Source of the DNA: Gemmatimonas sp.
Lineage (GTDB): Bacteria > Gemmatimonadota > Gemmatimonadetes > Gemmatimonadales > Gemmatimonadaceae
Length of the DNA: 64,000 nucleotides
Direction of reading: 5' to 3'
Assembly: GCA_965279375.1 (NCBI GenBank)
Contig: OZ257156.1
Coordinates: 3,040,001-3,104,000 of the forward strand
Each line of letters opens with the position of its first letter. The stretch's first letter is position 1. The notes under the pieces were generated by a model. The model saw only the letters and a list, made by a program, of their open reading frames with translations, was not told the origin of the DNA and did no database searches. Below, in pieces: positions 20,919 through 30,253 of the stretch. Position numbers and translations under genes: made by a program.

Positions 20919-21596
20919 ATGTCGATGATCAACTACGCGTCACGCGAGATCAACTGTAAGATCGTCTACTACGGTCCCGGTCTCGGCGGCAAGACGACGA
21001 ACCTCGAATACGTCTACGGCAAGGTCTCGCCCAACACGCGCGGCAAGCTGATCTCGCTCGCGACCGAGACCGAGCGCACGCTGTTTTTCGACTTCCTCCC
21101 GGTGGACCTCGGGACCATTCGCGGATTCCGCACCCGGTTCCATCTCTACACGGTGCCGGGGCAGGTCTACTACAACGCCAGCCGGAAGCTGATTCTCAAG
21201 GGCGTCGACGGCGTGGTGTTCGTGGCCGATTCGCAGGCCGAGCGCGCCGAGGCGAACGTGGAGTCGATGCAGAACCTGTACGACAACATGGCCGCCTACG
21301 GGTACGACCTGACGCGGATGCCGTTCGTCGTGCAGTACAACAAGCGCGACCTCCCCAATGCGGCGCCGGTGTCCGAGTTGCAGGAGATGCTCAATCCGGG
21401 GTGGGAAGTGACCGATCCGGCGCGCATGCGCGCACTGGCGGATCCGTTCCGACCGGGTGAATTTTTGATATCTCAGCTGCCGGGCGGTGAATGGGTGGAA
21501 CGTGCACCATATTTCGAGGCAGTTGGCGTCACCGGCGACGGCGTCTTCGATACCTTGAAGGCGGTCTCCAAGCTGGTGCTCAAAACGCTGGCGTGA
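20919..21596 (+). CDS. mglA: Ras-like small GTPase MglA
   Basis: [37 protein letters not shown]. Confidence 0.93.
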   Translation: MSMINYASREINCKIVYYGPGLGGKTTNLEYVYGKVSPNTRGKLISLATETERTLFFDFLPVDLGTIRGFRTRFHLYTVPGQVYYNASRKLILKGVDGVVFVADSQAERAEANVESMQNLYDNMAAYGYDLTRMPFVVQYNKRDLPNAAPVSELQEMLNPGWEVTDPARMRALADPFRPGEFLISQLPGGEWVERAPYFEAVGVTGDGVFDTLKAVSKLVLKTLA

Positions 21597-21630
21597 ACCC
21601 TGGCAGTGCACACCTGAAGAGCCCCCCGCC

Positions 21631-22317
21631 GTGAATCTCCCCAACGCAATCACCGTCGGACGCATCGCCCTGACGCCGCTGATTGCGTGGCTGCCCTTCA
21701 CCACGTCGTGGACCGCACGCCTGCTGGCCTTCACGCTCTTCACGATCGCCGCCGTTACCGACTACTGGGACGGCCATCTCGCCCGCCAGCGCAACATGGT
21801 CACCGACCTCGGGCGCCTGCTCGATCCGCTGGCCGACAAGCTGCTGCTCGTGGCCACGCTGGTGCCGATGTATCTGCTCCAGCGCCACTACACGTTCTTC
21901 GCTCCGCTCGACGGCGGCCTCCCCGAGACGTCGGCGCTGCTGTTCGTGACGCCCTTCGGCAAGGTCAGCTTCCCGCTGTGGATGCTTCTCGTCGTACTGG
22001 GTCGTGAGGCGTGCATGACGGTGTTCCGGCAGATGGCGGCCCGCCGCGGGCTCGTCATCTCCGCAATCGGTCCCGCCAAGTGGAAGACCGCCTTCCAGTC
22101 GCTCTGGATGGGATCCGCCTACTGCTGGTTCTTCATGCTGACGCTCGCCACGGCGAACGGCTGGCTCGACCTCCCGCTCTGGCGCGCCTTCGCGCAGTTC
22201 AACGGCTTTATCGGCGTGGCCAGCATGACGGGCGCTGTCGCGCTCACGCTCTATTCGCTCGGCCTCTACGTCCAGCGTTACCGCGGCCCCTTCATGGCGG
22301 CGCGCTCTCGCGCCTGA
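21631..22317 (+). CDS. pgsA: CDP-alcohol phosphatidyltransferase (phosphatidylglycerophosphate synthase)
   Basis: NLPNAIT.GR, TDYWDGHLAR, G.LLDPLADK. Confidence 0.85.
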   Translation: MNLPNAITVGRIALTPLIAWLPFTTSWTARLLAFTLFTIAAVTDYWDGHLARQRNMVTDLGRLLDPLADKLLLVATLVPMYLLQRHYTFFAPLDGGLPETSALLFVTPFGKVSFPLWMLLVVLGREACMTVFRQMAARRGLVISAIGPAKWKTAFQSLWMGSAYCWFFMLTLATANGWLDLPLWRAFAQFNGFIGVASMTGAVALTLYSLGLYVQRYRGPFMAARSRA

Positions 22318-22422
22318 TCCATTGCGCCGTTCCGCGAGCGCGTGCGCACGCGGACTCCTCGCGAAATCCCTGGTTCCCGGCGTAGCATTGCGAGTGGTCG
22401 TTCTCACCTCACTCTTCTCGCC

Positions 22423-23841
22423 ATGCTGACTCTGCGCCCTCTACGCTCGCGCTTCGTCCGTGCAGGCCTGCTGTCGATCGTCGCCGCAAGCGCGGCACAC
22501 GCACAGCGCGCCAGGCCCGCCTCCCGCGCCGCACTCACGCGCACGCTCGACTCCATCGTCACCGCGGAAATGGCGGCACGTCACTGGCCGAGCGTCGCGG
22601 TGATGATGGTGCGCGGTCGGGATACGATTCTCGCGAAAGGCTACGGTAAGGCCGACCTCGAGATGAACGTTCCCGCCTCGGTCAATGGCGTGTATTGGAT
22701 CGGCTCCGTCACCAAGCAGTTCGTGACGGCGGCGCTGCTCAAGCTTGCCGAGCGCGGCGTGCTGAGCGTCAACGATACGGTGGGGAAGTGGGTCCCCAAT
22801 CTGCCGACAACGTGGCGCAGCCTGACGATGCGCGACCTCGCGTGGCACACCTCAGGCATCGCGAGCTACACCGGACAACCCCGGTCAGGGCTGGCGCTCG
22901 TGAAGCCGTTCACCACATCGGACACGGCGCTCGCGTTGGTGCGTGACGTCGCGCCGGATTTTCCGCGCGGCACGCAGATGCTCTACAACAACACGGGCTA
23001 TCTCCTGCTGGGTCAGGTGATCGAACGCGCGACGGGCAAGGCACTGGGCGTCGCAATTCGCGATGAGCTGTTCACGCCGCTCGGGCTGACGCACATGTCG
23101 TACTGCGATCTGCGCACGGTTGTACCCAACCGTGTGTCGGGATACTCGCGCATCGGCAGCGGCGCGAGTGCCAAGGTGGAGCGCGCGGTGCTCTGGTGGC
23201 CTGAGATGGCCCACGGCGCCGGCGCGCTCTGTGGTACTGTCGGTGATCTCGTCGCGTGGAGCCGTCTGCTGCACGGCGGCAAGGTGCTCTCCCCCGAGAG
23301 CTATCGCACGATGACCACGGTGGGTCAGCTCAACGACGGCACGCCGCTGCGCTACGCGATGGGGCTCGTGCGCGGTGAAGTTGCTGGTCGACCGGCGTTG
23401 TACCACACGGGCGGCATTGCGGGCTTCACCACGTGGCTGGCGTACCTGCCTGACGACTCTGTGCACATCGCGATGACCGTCAGCATGATCGCCGGCAGCG
23501 AACGTCCGTCGCTTGCGGGCATCAAGATCGTGGAGCGAGTGCTTGGTGCGCGTCCTGTGACCGCGGCCCCGATGTCAGAGGCGCTGCCGGGCATGATCGT
23601 GGGCAGCTACGGCAGCATGCCGCGCGCGGCCACGGTCGCTGAATCAAACGGCGCCCTCACGCTGACGATGACGGGCGGAACACCCCTCGCGCTCACGTAT
23701 CGCGGTGCCATCGACGGTGCCGAACAGTTTCTCGCGGCCGACGGGGCGATCGTGCGCTTCGAACGCTCCACGAACACCGGCACGATCACGCGGGTACACG
23801 TGGATGGTGGCACGAGTCATCTCGTGCTCGATCGGCGCTGA
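22423..23841 (+). CDS. Serine hydrolase, beta-lactamase class C/PBP family, secreted
   Basis: GSVTK (SxxK), HTSG, YNNTGY (YxN), HTGG; signal peptide. Confidence 0.85.
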   Translation: MLTLRPLRSRFVRAGLLSIVAASAAHAQRARPASRAALTRTLDSIVTAEMAARHWPSVAVMMVRGRDTILAKGYGKADLEMNVPASVNGVYWIGSVTKQFVTAALLKLAERGVLSVNDTVGKWVPNLPTTWRSLTMRDLAWHTSGIASYTGQPRSGLALVKPFTTSDTALALVRDVAPDFPRGTQMLYNNTGYLLLGQVIERATGKALGVAIRDELFTPLGLTHMSYCDLRTVVPNRVSGYSRIGSGASAKVERAVLWWPEMAHGAGALCGTVGDLVAWSRLLHGGKVLSPESYRTMTTVGQLNDGTPLRYAMGLVRGEVAGRPALYHTGGIAGFTTWLAYLPDDSVHIAMTVSMIAGSERPSLAGIKIVERVLGARPVTAAPMSEALPGMIVGSYGSMPRAATVAESNGALTLTMTGGTPLALTYRGAIDGAEQFLAADGAIVRFERSTNTGTITRVHVDGGTSHLVLDRR

Positions 23842-23844
23842 CGC

Positions 23845-25005
23845 CTAGGGCGTGATGGGCCCCAGCGGCAGGAATCGACCGTCGTCCACCTCACCGTTGC
23901 GGATGGTGTAGACAGTGAGACCGCTGGGCAGGAGTTGTCGCCCTTTCGGCGTATCGCCAACGATCGCCGCCGACTGAAAGAAACGCAGCCGCCCTCGCGC
24001 AGTCTCAAGCGTGAGCGTCTCGCGATAGTGGATGTGCCCCGCAAGCGCGATCGCCAGCGGATGCGCGCCCAACGCCGCGAGCACGTCATCGAGATTGGAT
24101 GTGACGTGACGGAACTGCTTGCGACCGGCGACGGTGATCAGCGTGGGGGCGGGCGGCGCTTCCGTATATCCGCCCAGCGTTTCGGACGCGGACGCCAGCG
24201 GGATGTGACTGAACGTGACGATCGGGGTTCCGGCGGGCAGGACCGCCAAATCGCGCCGCAGCCACGCCAGCTGCAACGAGTCCACGTGGCCGTAGTACCA
24301 CTGGTCGTCGACATCGACGGTGTTGAGCGCGACGAAGTGCACGCCGGCGGCGTTGAACGAGTAGTAGTCTGGTCCGCGCTGCTGTCGATACATCGCCTTG
24401 CCGAGCAGCGGATGGTCCGGCGCAACTTTGGACTGCGCACGCTCGATGCCGAAAATCTCGTGATTGCCCGGGACCGTGTAGAACGGCGTGCGCAACGTTC
24501 GCAGCTCGTTCGCGAAGAGCGTGTAGTAACCCATCGCCTCTGTTTCACTCACGCGCAGCGCATCCTTCACAAGGTCGCCGGTGATGAGCAGCATGGCCGG
24601 CTTGATCGAATCCACGAGGGCGATCATGCGCCGCGTGCGCGCCACGACGGCGGGCGCGATGTGCGTATCCGATGCCTGCACGAACCGATACGGCACCGGT
24701 TCAGCGGCAGCGGAGAGCGCGAAGTCGATCGACTCGCGGGAGACTGCCGCCTTCCACCATCCCCCGACCGCCCGATGCCCCCGTGGGACACTCACGAACA
24801 CCGCACCGAGTCCTGTTGAGGGCAGCGCATAACCGCCGGAAGCATCGGTCAGAACCACGGTGTCTTGATTGGATACGGCAACGCCGGCGAGTCCACGTTC
24901 TGTGGCCTCGCGCGTGCCGTTGGCGTTTCGGTCAAGGAAGACCACACCGCGCACGGCCGTCGGCTGCGCTTGCAGGAGCAGGGCAGCAATTGCGGCGATG
25001 ATCAT
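23845..25005 (-). CDS. Secreted calcineurin-like metallophosphoesterase with N-terminal beta domain
   Basis: SDTH, TGDLV, PGNHE, SHIP, AGHIH motifs. Confidence 0.85.
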   Translation of the reverse strand: MIIAAIAALLLQAQPTAVRGVVFLDRNANGTREATERGLAGVAVSNQDTVVLTDASGGYALPSTGLGAVFVSVPRGHRAVGGWWKAAVSRESIDFALSAAAEPVPYRFVQASDTHIAPAVVARTRRMIALVDSIKPAMLLITGDLVKDALRVSETEAMGYYTLFANELRTLRTPFYTVPGNHEIFGIERAQSKVAPDHPLLGKAMYRQQRGPDYYSFNAAGVHFVALNTVDVDDQWYYGHVDSLQLAWLRRDLAVLPAGTPIVTFSHIPLASASETLGGYTEAPPAPTLITVAGRKQFRHVTSNLDDVLAALGAHPLAIALAGHIHYRETLTLETARGRLRFFQSAAIVGDTPKGRQLLPSGLTVYTIRNGEVDDGRFLPLGPITP

Positions 25006-25190
25006 GGGTCTGGGGTACGAGACTCCGTGGGATGGACCGTCGGGGGCGCGATCCCACAATCTACGACGTCCCCTCTCGTGCGTCGCGGTTTGGATGACTC
25101 CAGTGGACCGGCAGCCATGCCCAGCGGCGGGCGACGCGGCGTCCGGAACCGAGGAGCGCCCGCGGCACAAGTCAACGTTAGCTTTCCCCC

Positions 25191-26471
25191 ATGAACATCG
25201 AAATCGTCACGATCGGCGACGAGCTGCTCCTCGGCTTCACGATCGACACCAACGCGGCGCACATCGCGCGCGAGTTCTCGGCCTTGGGCATTCGCGTCGT
25301 CCGTCGCGCGACCTGCGGCGATGATCCCACCTCGATCGCCGCCGCCGTGCGCGACGCGCTCGAACGCACCGGCGCCGTCATCACCACGGGCGGACTCGGC
25401 CCCACCGCCGATGACATGACCAAGCCGTCCATCGCGGCGATCTTCGGCCGGGACATGGTCATGGATCAGGGCATCCTCGAAAATCTCGAGGCGCGCTGGC
25501 TCAAGCGCTTCGGCCATGCACTGCCGCCCAGCAATCGGCAGCAGGCGATGGTGCCCACCGGCGCCACCATTCTCGCCAATCGCCACGGATCCGCGCCCGG
25601 CATCTGGCTGGAAGACGAACGCGGACGTTGGGTGGCGATGCTGCCGGGCGTGCCACGCGAGATGCGTGGCATGATCGACGACACGATTCTGCCGCTGCTT
25701 CGCGACCGCGTGGGCGCGGACTCCGACGTCATTCGCTCCCGGACACTCCGCACCTGCAACATCGCGGAGTCGGCCTTGGCCGACCGCCTCGAAGAGCTCG
25801 CGCGCGGCGTGGACGGCATGCCCTTGGCGTTTCTCCCCGGCAACGACGGTGTGGATCTGCGCATCACCTCGCGTGGGCTGCCCGCCCGCGAGGCCGAACG
25901 CCGGCTGGATGCCGCCGCCGCCCGCGTGCACCAGAAGGTGGGCCGCTACATCTACGGCGAAGGGAACGACGATCTGGCCGCCCTCATGCTCCTCGCCTGC
26001 GCCGAACGCAGCATGACCGTCGCCGTGGCCGAGAGTTGTACCGGCGGCCTGCTGGGCGGTCGGTTCACAGCGATCCCGGGTTCAAGCTCGGTGTTTCTGG
26101 GCGGCACGATCGCCTACAGCAACGAGGTGAAAATCCGCGAACTGGGCGTCTCCGCCGCGGACATCGCCGAGTTCGGTGCCGTCAGCAAGGTCGTCGCGCT
26201 GGCCATGGCGGCCGGAGCCCGTGAGCGCTTTGGTAGCTCGATCGGCATCGGCGTGACGGGGATCGCTGGCCCGGACGGTGGCTCCCCGGAGAAGCCGGTG
26301 GGTACAGTCTGGGTGGCCGTGGATATCAACGGGGATGCCCACGCCGCGAAGGCGGTGCTCCCGGGCGATCGGAACGAGATCCGCTACCGCGCCACGCAGC
26401 TCGGGCTGGATCGGATGCGGCGCGCCTTCGCGAACGAGTCCGACGCGACGGCATGGATGTCGCGATCATGA
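25191..26471 (+). CDS. cinA: Competence/damage-inducible protein A (NMN deamidase fusion)
   Basis: IGDELL, TTGGLGPT.DD.T, LPGVP.EM, AESCTGG, TGIAGP. Confidence 0.95.
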   Translation: MNIEIVTIGDELLLGFTIDTNAAHIAREFSALGIRVVRRATCGDDPTSIAAAVRDALERTGAVITTGGLGPTADDMTKPSIAAIFGRDMVMDQGILENLEARWLKRFGHALPPSNRQQAMVPTGATILANRHGSAPGIWLEDERGRWVAMLPGVPREMRGMIDDTILPLLRDRVGADSDVIRSRTLRTCNIAESALADRLEELARGVDGMPLAFLPGNDGVDLRITSRGLPAREAERRLDAAAARVHQKVGRYIYGEGNDDLAALMLLACAERSMTVAVAESCTGGLLGGRFTAIPGSSSVFLGGTIAYSNEVKIRELGVSAADIAEFGAVSKVVALAMAAGARERFGSSIGIGVTGIAGPDGGSPEKPVGTVWVAVDINGDAHAAKAVLPGDRNEIRYRATQLGLDRMRRAFANESDATAWMSRS

Positions 26472-26580
26472 GACGCGTCCCCTAAACTTCCTGTCTCTGT
26501 GCACGTATGGTCCGAGCGCGCCGCCCTCACCGGTGGGCGCCTTGGCCTTGCTGCCGCTTACGCGTTGACCGCTACCGACC

Positions 26581-27144
26581 ATGTCTGATCCAATGCAGGG
26601 CTCGCAGCCCGATCCGTCGTCCGCCGATTCGTCGCAGTCCCAGACCTCCGAGGCCACGGCCGTCTCCGACACCGATGGCATCCAGCGCGAGCTGGCCGAC
26701 CAGAAGGACAAGTACCTTCGTCTGGCCGCCGAGTACGACAACTTCCGCCGTCGCGCCGCCAAGGAACGGCAGGAAGCGGGCTGGCGCGCGCAGGGGGAGC
26801 TCGTACGCGGCATCCTCGACGCGATCGACGACATCACACGCTTTGCGCATGTGGACCCCACCACGGTGGACGCCAAGACCGTCGTGGACGGCGTGCTGAT
26901 GGTGGAGAAAAAGCTCTTCAAGTCGCTCGCGGGACACGGCTTCGAGATCATCGATCCGACGTCGCACCCGTTCGATCCTAACCAGCACGAAGCCGTCACG
27001 ACGATGCCCGCAGGCAGCGCGGAGGAAGACGGAACCGTCGGGGCCACGTTCCAGGTGGGCTATGTGATCAACGGACATGTGCTCCGCCCGGCGCGCGTCG
27101 TCGTGAAGCAGTGGCTGGGTAACACCGGCAACGCGACACACTGA
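26581..27144 (+). CDS. grpE: Nucleotide exchange factor GrpE
   Basis: LRLAAEYDNFRRR, FDPNQHEA, GY.ING.VLRPA. Confidence 0.95.
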   Translation: MSDPMQGSQPDPSSADSSQSQTSEATAVSDTDGIQRELADQKDKYLRLAAEYDNFRRRAAKERQEAGWRAQGELVRGILDAIDDITRFAHVDPTTVDAKTVVDGVLMVEKKLFKSLAGHGFEIIDPTSHPFDPNQHEAVTTMPAGSAEEDGTVGATFQVGYVINGHVLRPARVVVKQWLGNTGNATH

Positions 27145-27146
27145 AC

Positions 27147-28307
27147 ATGGCCAACGGGAAGGACTTCTACGCGGTACTGGGCGTCGCGTCGTCCGCTACG
27201 GCCGACGAGATCAAAAAGCAGTACCGGCGCCTCGCGAAGCAGCACCACCCGGACAGCAATCAGAACGACCCCAAGTCGTCCGAGCGCTTCAAGGAAATCT
27301 CCGAGGCGTACACCGTGCTCGGTGATGCTGCCAAGCGAAAGGAGTACGACGACATGCGCCGCTTGGGCGCGTTCGGCGGATTCCCGGGGGCGCGCACGTC
27401 GCAGAGCCGCTCGTCGTCGCGCCCGTCGGGGTTTGGTGGCGCGGGCGCGGGCCCCGGTCAGCCTGGCCCCGGTTTCAGCAGTGACTTCGACGTCGGCGGC
27501 ATTGGCGGGTTAGGCGACCTCTTCTCGTCGATGTTCGGCCAGGGTGGCGGGGCACGCAGCACTTCCAATCGCGGCAAGACGCCGGAGCGCGGCCAGACGA
27601 TCGAAAAGAGCGTCGAGGTGCCGTTCCGCGTCGCTGCAACGGGTGGTAAGGTCCCCATCGAGATCGAAGCCAACGAAGAGTGCGGCACGTGCCGTGGCTC
27701 CGGCGCGGCGCCGGGTGCGTCACTGCGGCTTTGCAACGAGTGCAGCGGTCGCGGCGTGATCTCGTTCGGTCAGGGGAGCTTCGCGGTGAACCGTCCGTGC
27801 CCGGTGTGCATGGGACGCGGCCAGATCCCCACGACGCCGTGCCCCACGTGCAACGGCAGCGGCGAGACGCGCAGTAAGCAACGTGTGTTGGTGTCGGTGC
27901 CTGCCGGCGCGGAGACGGGCACCAAGGTGCGGCTCAAGGGGCAGGGCGCCAAAGGCGCCGGCGGCGGGCAGGCGGGGCATCTCGTCATCACGTTCGAAGT
28001 CATCCCCGATCGCTTCTTCAAGCGCGAAGGGCTCGACCTCGTGGCCACGGTACCGATCAACATCGCGCAGGCCACCCTCGGTTCGCGCATCACCGTGAAA
28101 ACGCTGGACGACAAGAAGGTCGCCATTCGAATTCCCGCAGGCACGTCGGCGGGCAAGCGCTTCCGCGTGACCGGGCAGGGGATCGACAAGGAAGGCAAGA
28201 AGGGTGATCTGCTGGTGGAAGTGACGATCACCGTGCCCGAGACGCTCTCCGACGCGCAGGAGAAGGCGATGCGCGAGTTCGCGGAAGCGGGCGGTCTCAA
28301 ATTCTGA
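27147..28307 (+). CDS. dnaJ: Chaperone DnaJ
   Basis: J domain with HPD, G/F-rich linker, four CxxCxGxG repeats. Confidence 0.96.
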   Translation: MANGKDFYAVLGVASSATADEIKKQYRRLAKQHHPDSNQNDPKSSERFKEISEAYTVLGDAAKRKEYDDMRRLGAFGGFPGARTSQSRSSSRPSGFGGAGAGPGQPGPGFSSDFDVGGIGGLGDLFSSMFGQGGGARSTSNRGKTPERGQTIEKSVEVPFRVAATGGKVPIEIEANEECGTCRGSGAAPGASLRLCNECSGRGVISFGQGSFAVNRPCPVCMGRGQIPTTPCPTCNGSGETRSKQRVLVSVPAGAETGTKVRLKGQGAKGAGGGQAGHLVITFEVIPDRFFKREGLDLVATVPINIAQATLGSRITVKTLDDKKVAIRIPAGTSAGKRFRVTGQGIDKEGKKGDLLVEVTITVPETLSDAQEKAMREFAEAGGLKF

Positions 28308-28354
28308 CCGGCCTGCTGCGGTCGCGGCGTGCGACGCGGGCGTTCGCGCACGCA

Positions 28355-28807
28355 ATGCTGACAGCGCTCGCGCTGGCGGCGCCGAGTGTCGTGCGCGCGC
28401 AGGAAACACGTTGGGGCCGCTGCGTCGTTGGCATCAGCTACGGCGCGCCGCTCAAGATGGCGGTCAGCACGGCGTACGGTCGCGTGACCGAAGGAGCCGG
28501 CGACGGGCACGACGTGTGTCACTACGCGTCGGCTCGATTGGGAATCGGCGGCGCCCGCACGACGATCGGCACGATGCGCACGGTGAGCCGCTGGGGTGGC
28601 GCCGTGGGCGTGAGCGCGGGCGTACTGCGCACCTTTGGCTCGCCGCTTCACGCAAAGCGGTGGCGCAACTACGCCGGTGCCTCGGTGCAATTGCTCCCCG
28701 CGATCGTACTCGGCGGCGAGATCGGCTACTACGTGCGCTTGGGTGACGACGTCGCTGGCGCGCCCGCGCGCCGTCTCGTCACCTGGTCCGTAGGCTTCGG
28801 CTTCTAG
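28355..28807 (+). CDS. Small secreted hypothetical protein, possible outer-membrane beta-barrel
   Basis: Signal peptide VRA|Q, alternating beta-strand pattern, C-terminal WSVGFGF. Confidence 0.5.
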   Translation: MLTALALAAPSVVRAQETRWGRCVVGISYGAPLKMAVSTAYGRVTEGAGDGHDVCHYASARLGIGGARTTIGTMRTVSRWGGAVGVSAGVLRTFGSPLHAKRWRNYAGASVQLLPAIVLGGEIGYYVRLGDDVAGAPARRLVTWSVGFGF

Positions 28808-28810
28808 CGC

Positions 28811-29692
28811 ATGCGCACCACCTGGGAGCACGGGTGGTGGGACATCGAGACGGCAGCTCCGCACCCGTCGATCGCGCCGCAGGTAGTCGGCGACTACGTC
28901 GGCTGGACCGAACACACAGCCAATCCGGTGCGACGCATCGAGGCGGCGGGCACGATCATCCCGCTCATCCTCAACTTTGGCGCCCCATATCGGCTGCTGA
29001 GTGGCGCGGACGGCGGCCAACGCAGTCTCGCGCGCGGGTCGTTCATGGCAGGGCTCTACGACACCTGGGCCGCGGTGGACGGCGCGCATGAGAGTTGCGC
29101 GCTGCAGGTCAACTTCACGCCACTGGCTGCCTTTCAGCTCCTGCGCACGCCCCTGCATTTGCTCCACAACGGCAGCGAGGAGTTCGCCGCGCTGCTGGGG
29201 CGCGACGGCAGCACGCTGATCGAGCAGCTGGGCAACGCTGCCGACTGGTCTGCACGCTTCGACATCCTCGATGCGTTTCTGCGCCGTCGCCTGACCGACG
29301 CTCCGGCGGTGTCCGGAGCGATGCAGTGGTGCTGGCAGCAGATCGCCAGCACGGAGGGACGCGTCACCGTGCGGGAGTTGATGGCCCAAACGGGCTGGAG
29401 TCCGCGTCGGTTGATCTCGGAGTTCCGGACGCATTGCGGGGTGCCGCCGCGCACGGTGCTCGGCGTGCGCCGTTTCGAACACGCCCTCGCCCTCCTTGGC
29501 CATCGCGCGCGGCAGACGCCGTCCATGGCGGGTCGCTGGTCGTCCCTCGCCCTCGATTGCGGATACGCCGATCAGTCGCACCTGGTGCGCGACTTCACGC
29601 GGTTCGCCGGCTGCTCGCCAACAGCGTATCTTCGCGGCCAGCTGCAGACTGGCGGTGGCGTGGTGGACCTCAGCGCGCCGAGCGATCGCTAG
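28811..29692 (+). CDS. AraC-family transcriptional regulator
   Basis: C-terminal HTH with ALDCGYADQSHLVRDFTRFAG.SP. Confidence 0.88.
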   Translation: MRTTWEHGWWDIETAAPHPSIAPQVVGDYVGWTEHTANPVRRIEAAGTIIPLILNFGAPYRLLSGADGGQRSLARGSFMAGLYDTWAAVDGAHESCALQVNFTPLAAFQLLRTPLHLLHNGSEEFAALLGRDGSTLIEQLGNAADWSARFDILDAFLRRRLTDAPAVSGAMQWCWQQIASTEGRVTVRELMAQTGWSPRRLISEFRTHCGVPPRTVLGVRRFEHALALLGHRARQTPSMAGRWSSLALDCGYADQSHLVRDFTRFAGCSPTAYLRGQLQTGGGVVDLSAPSDR

Positions 29693-29794
29693 TCGCTGAC
29701 AAAAAGCTTCAAGACGCGTGCGGCATCGCGCGGTAGCCTGCGCTACCCTCGCGCTCGCGCGCGCATTCGAAGTCTCTCCAGCGTCGGAGTTCTC

Positions 29795-30217
29795 ATGAGC
29801 AGCCCACAGCCCAAGATGTATCCCTGCCTGTCGTACCGGGATCCTGTCGCCGCCATCCGCTTTCTCACACAGGCGTTCGGCTTCGCGGAGTTGATGGTCG
29901 TCCCCGACGAATCAGGCGGCATCACGCACGCCGAGCTGTCGATCGGTCCCGAGGTGATCATGCTCGGCTCGTCCAAGCCCGAGCTGGGCTGGGTCAGTCC
30001 CCTCGATCTGCCGGCACGCAACTCGACACTCTGCGTGTTCGTACCCGACCCGGACGCGTTGTTCGCGCGTGCGGTCGCTGCCGGCGCAACCGTGGTGCGC
30101 GCGCCGTATGACACGCCCTATGGCGCTCGCGAATGCAGCGTACGCGACCCGGAGCAGCACGAATGGCACTTCGGCACCTATCGCCCTGTTGCAGCGACCA
30201 CGTCGACGAGCACGTGA
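29795..30217 (+). CDS. VOC/glyoxalase-bleomycin resistance family protein
   Basis: AI.FL..AFGF, HAEL, YGARE...RDPE...W.FGTY. Confidence 0.85.
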   Translation: MSSPQPKMYPCLSYRDPVAAIRFLTQAFGFAELMVVPDESGGITHAELSIGPEVIMLGSSKPELGWVSPLDLPARNSTLCVFVPDPDALFARAVAAGATVVRAPYDTPYGARECSVRDPEQHEWHFGTYRPVAATTSTST

Positions 30218-30253
30218 TGACACAAACGTGATGCAGTTCCAATCGAGGCGGCG

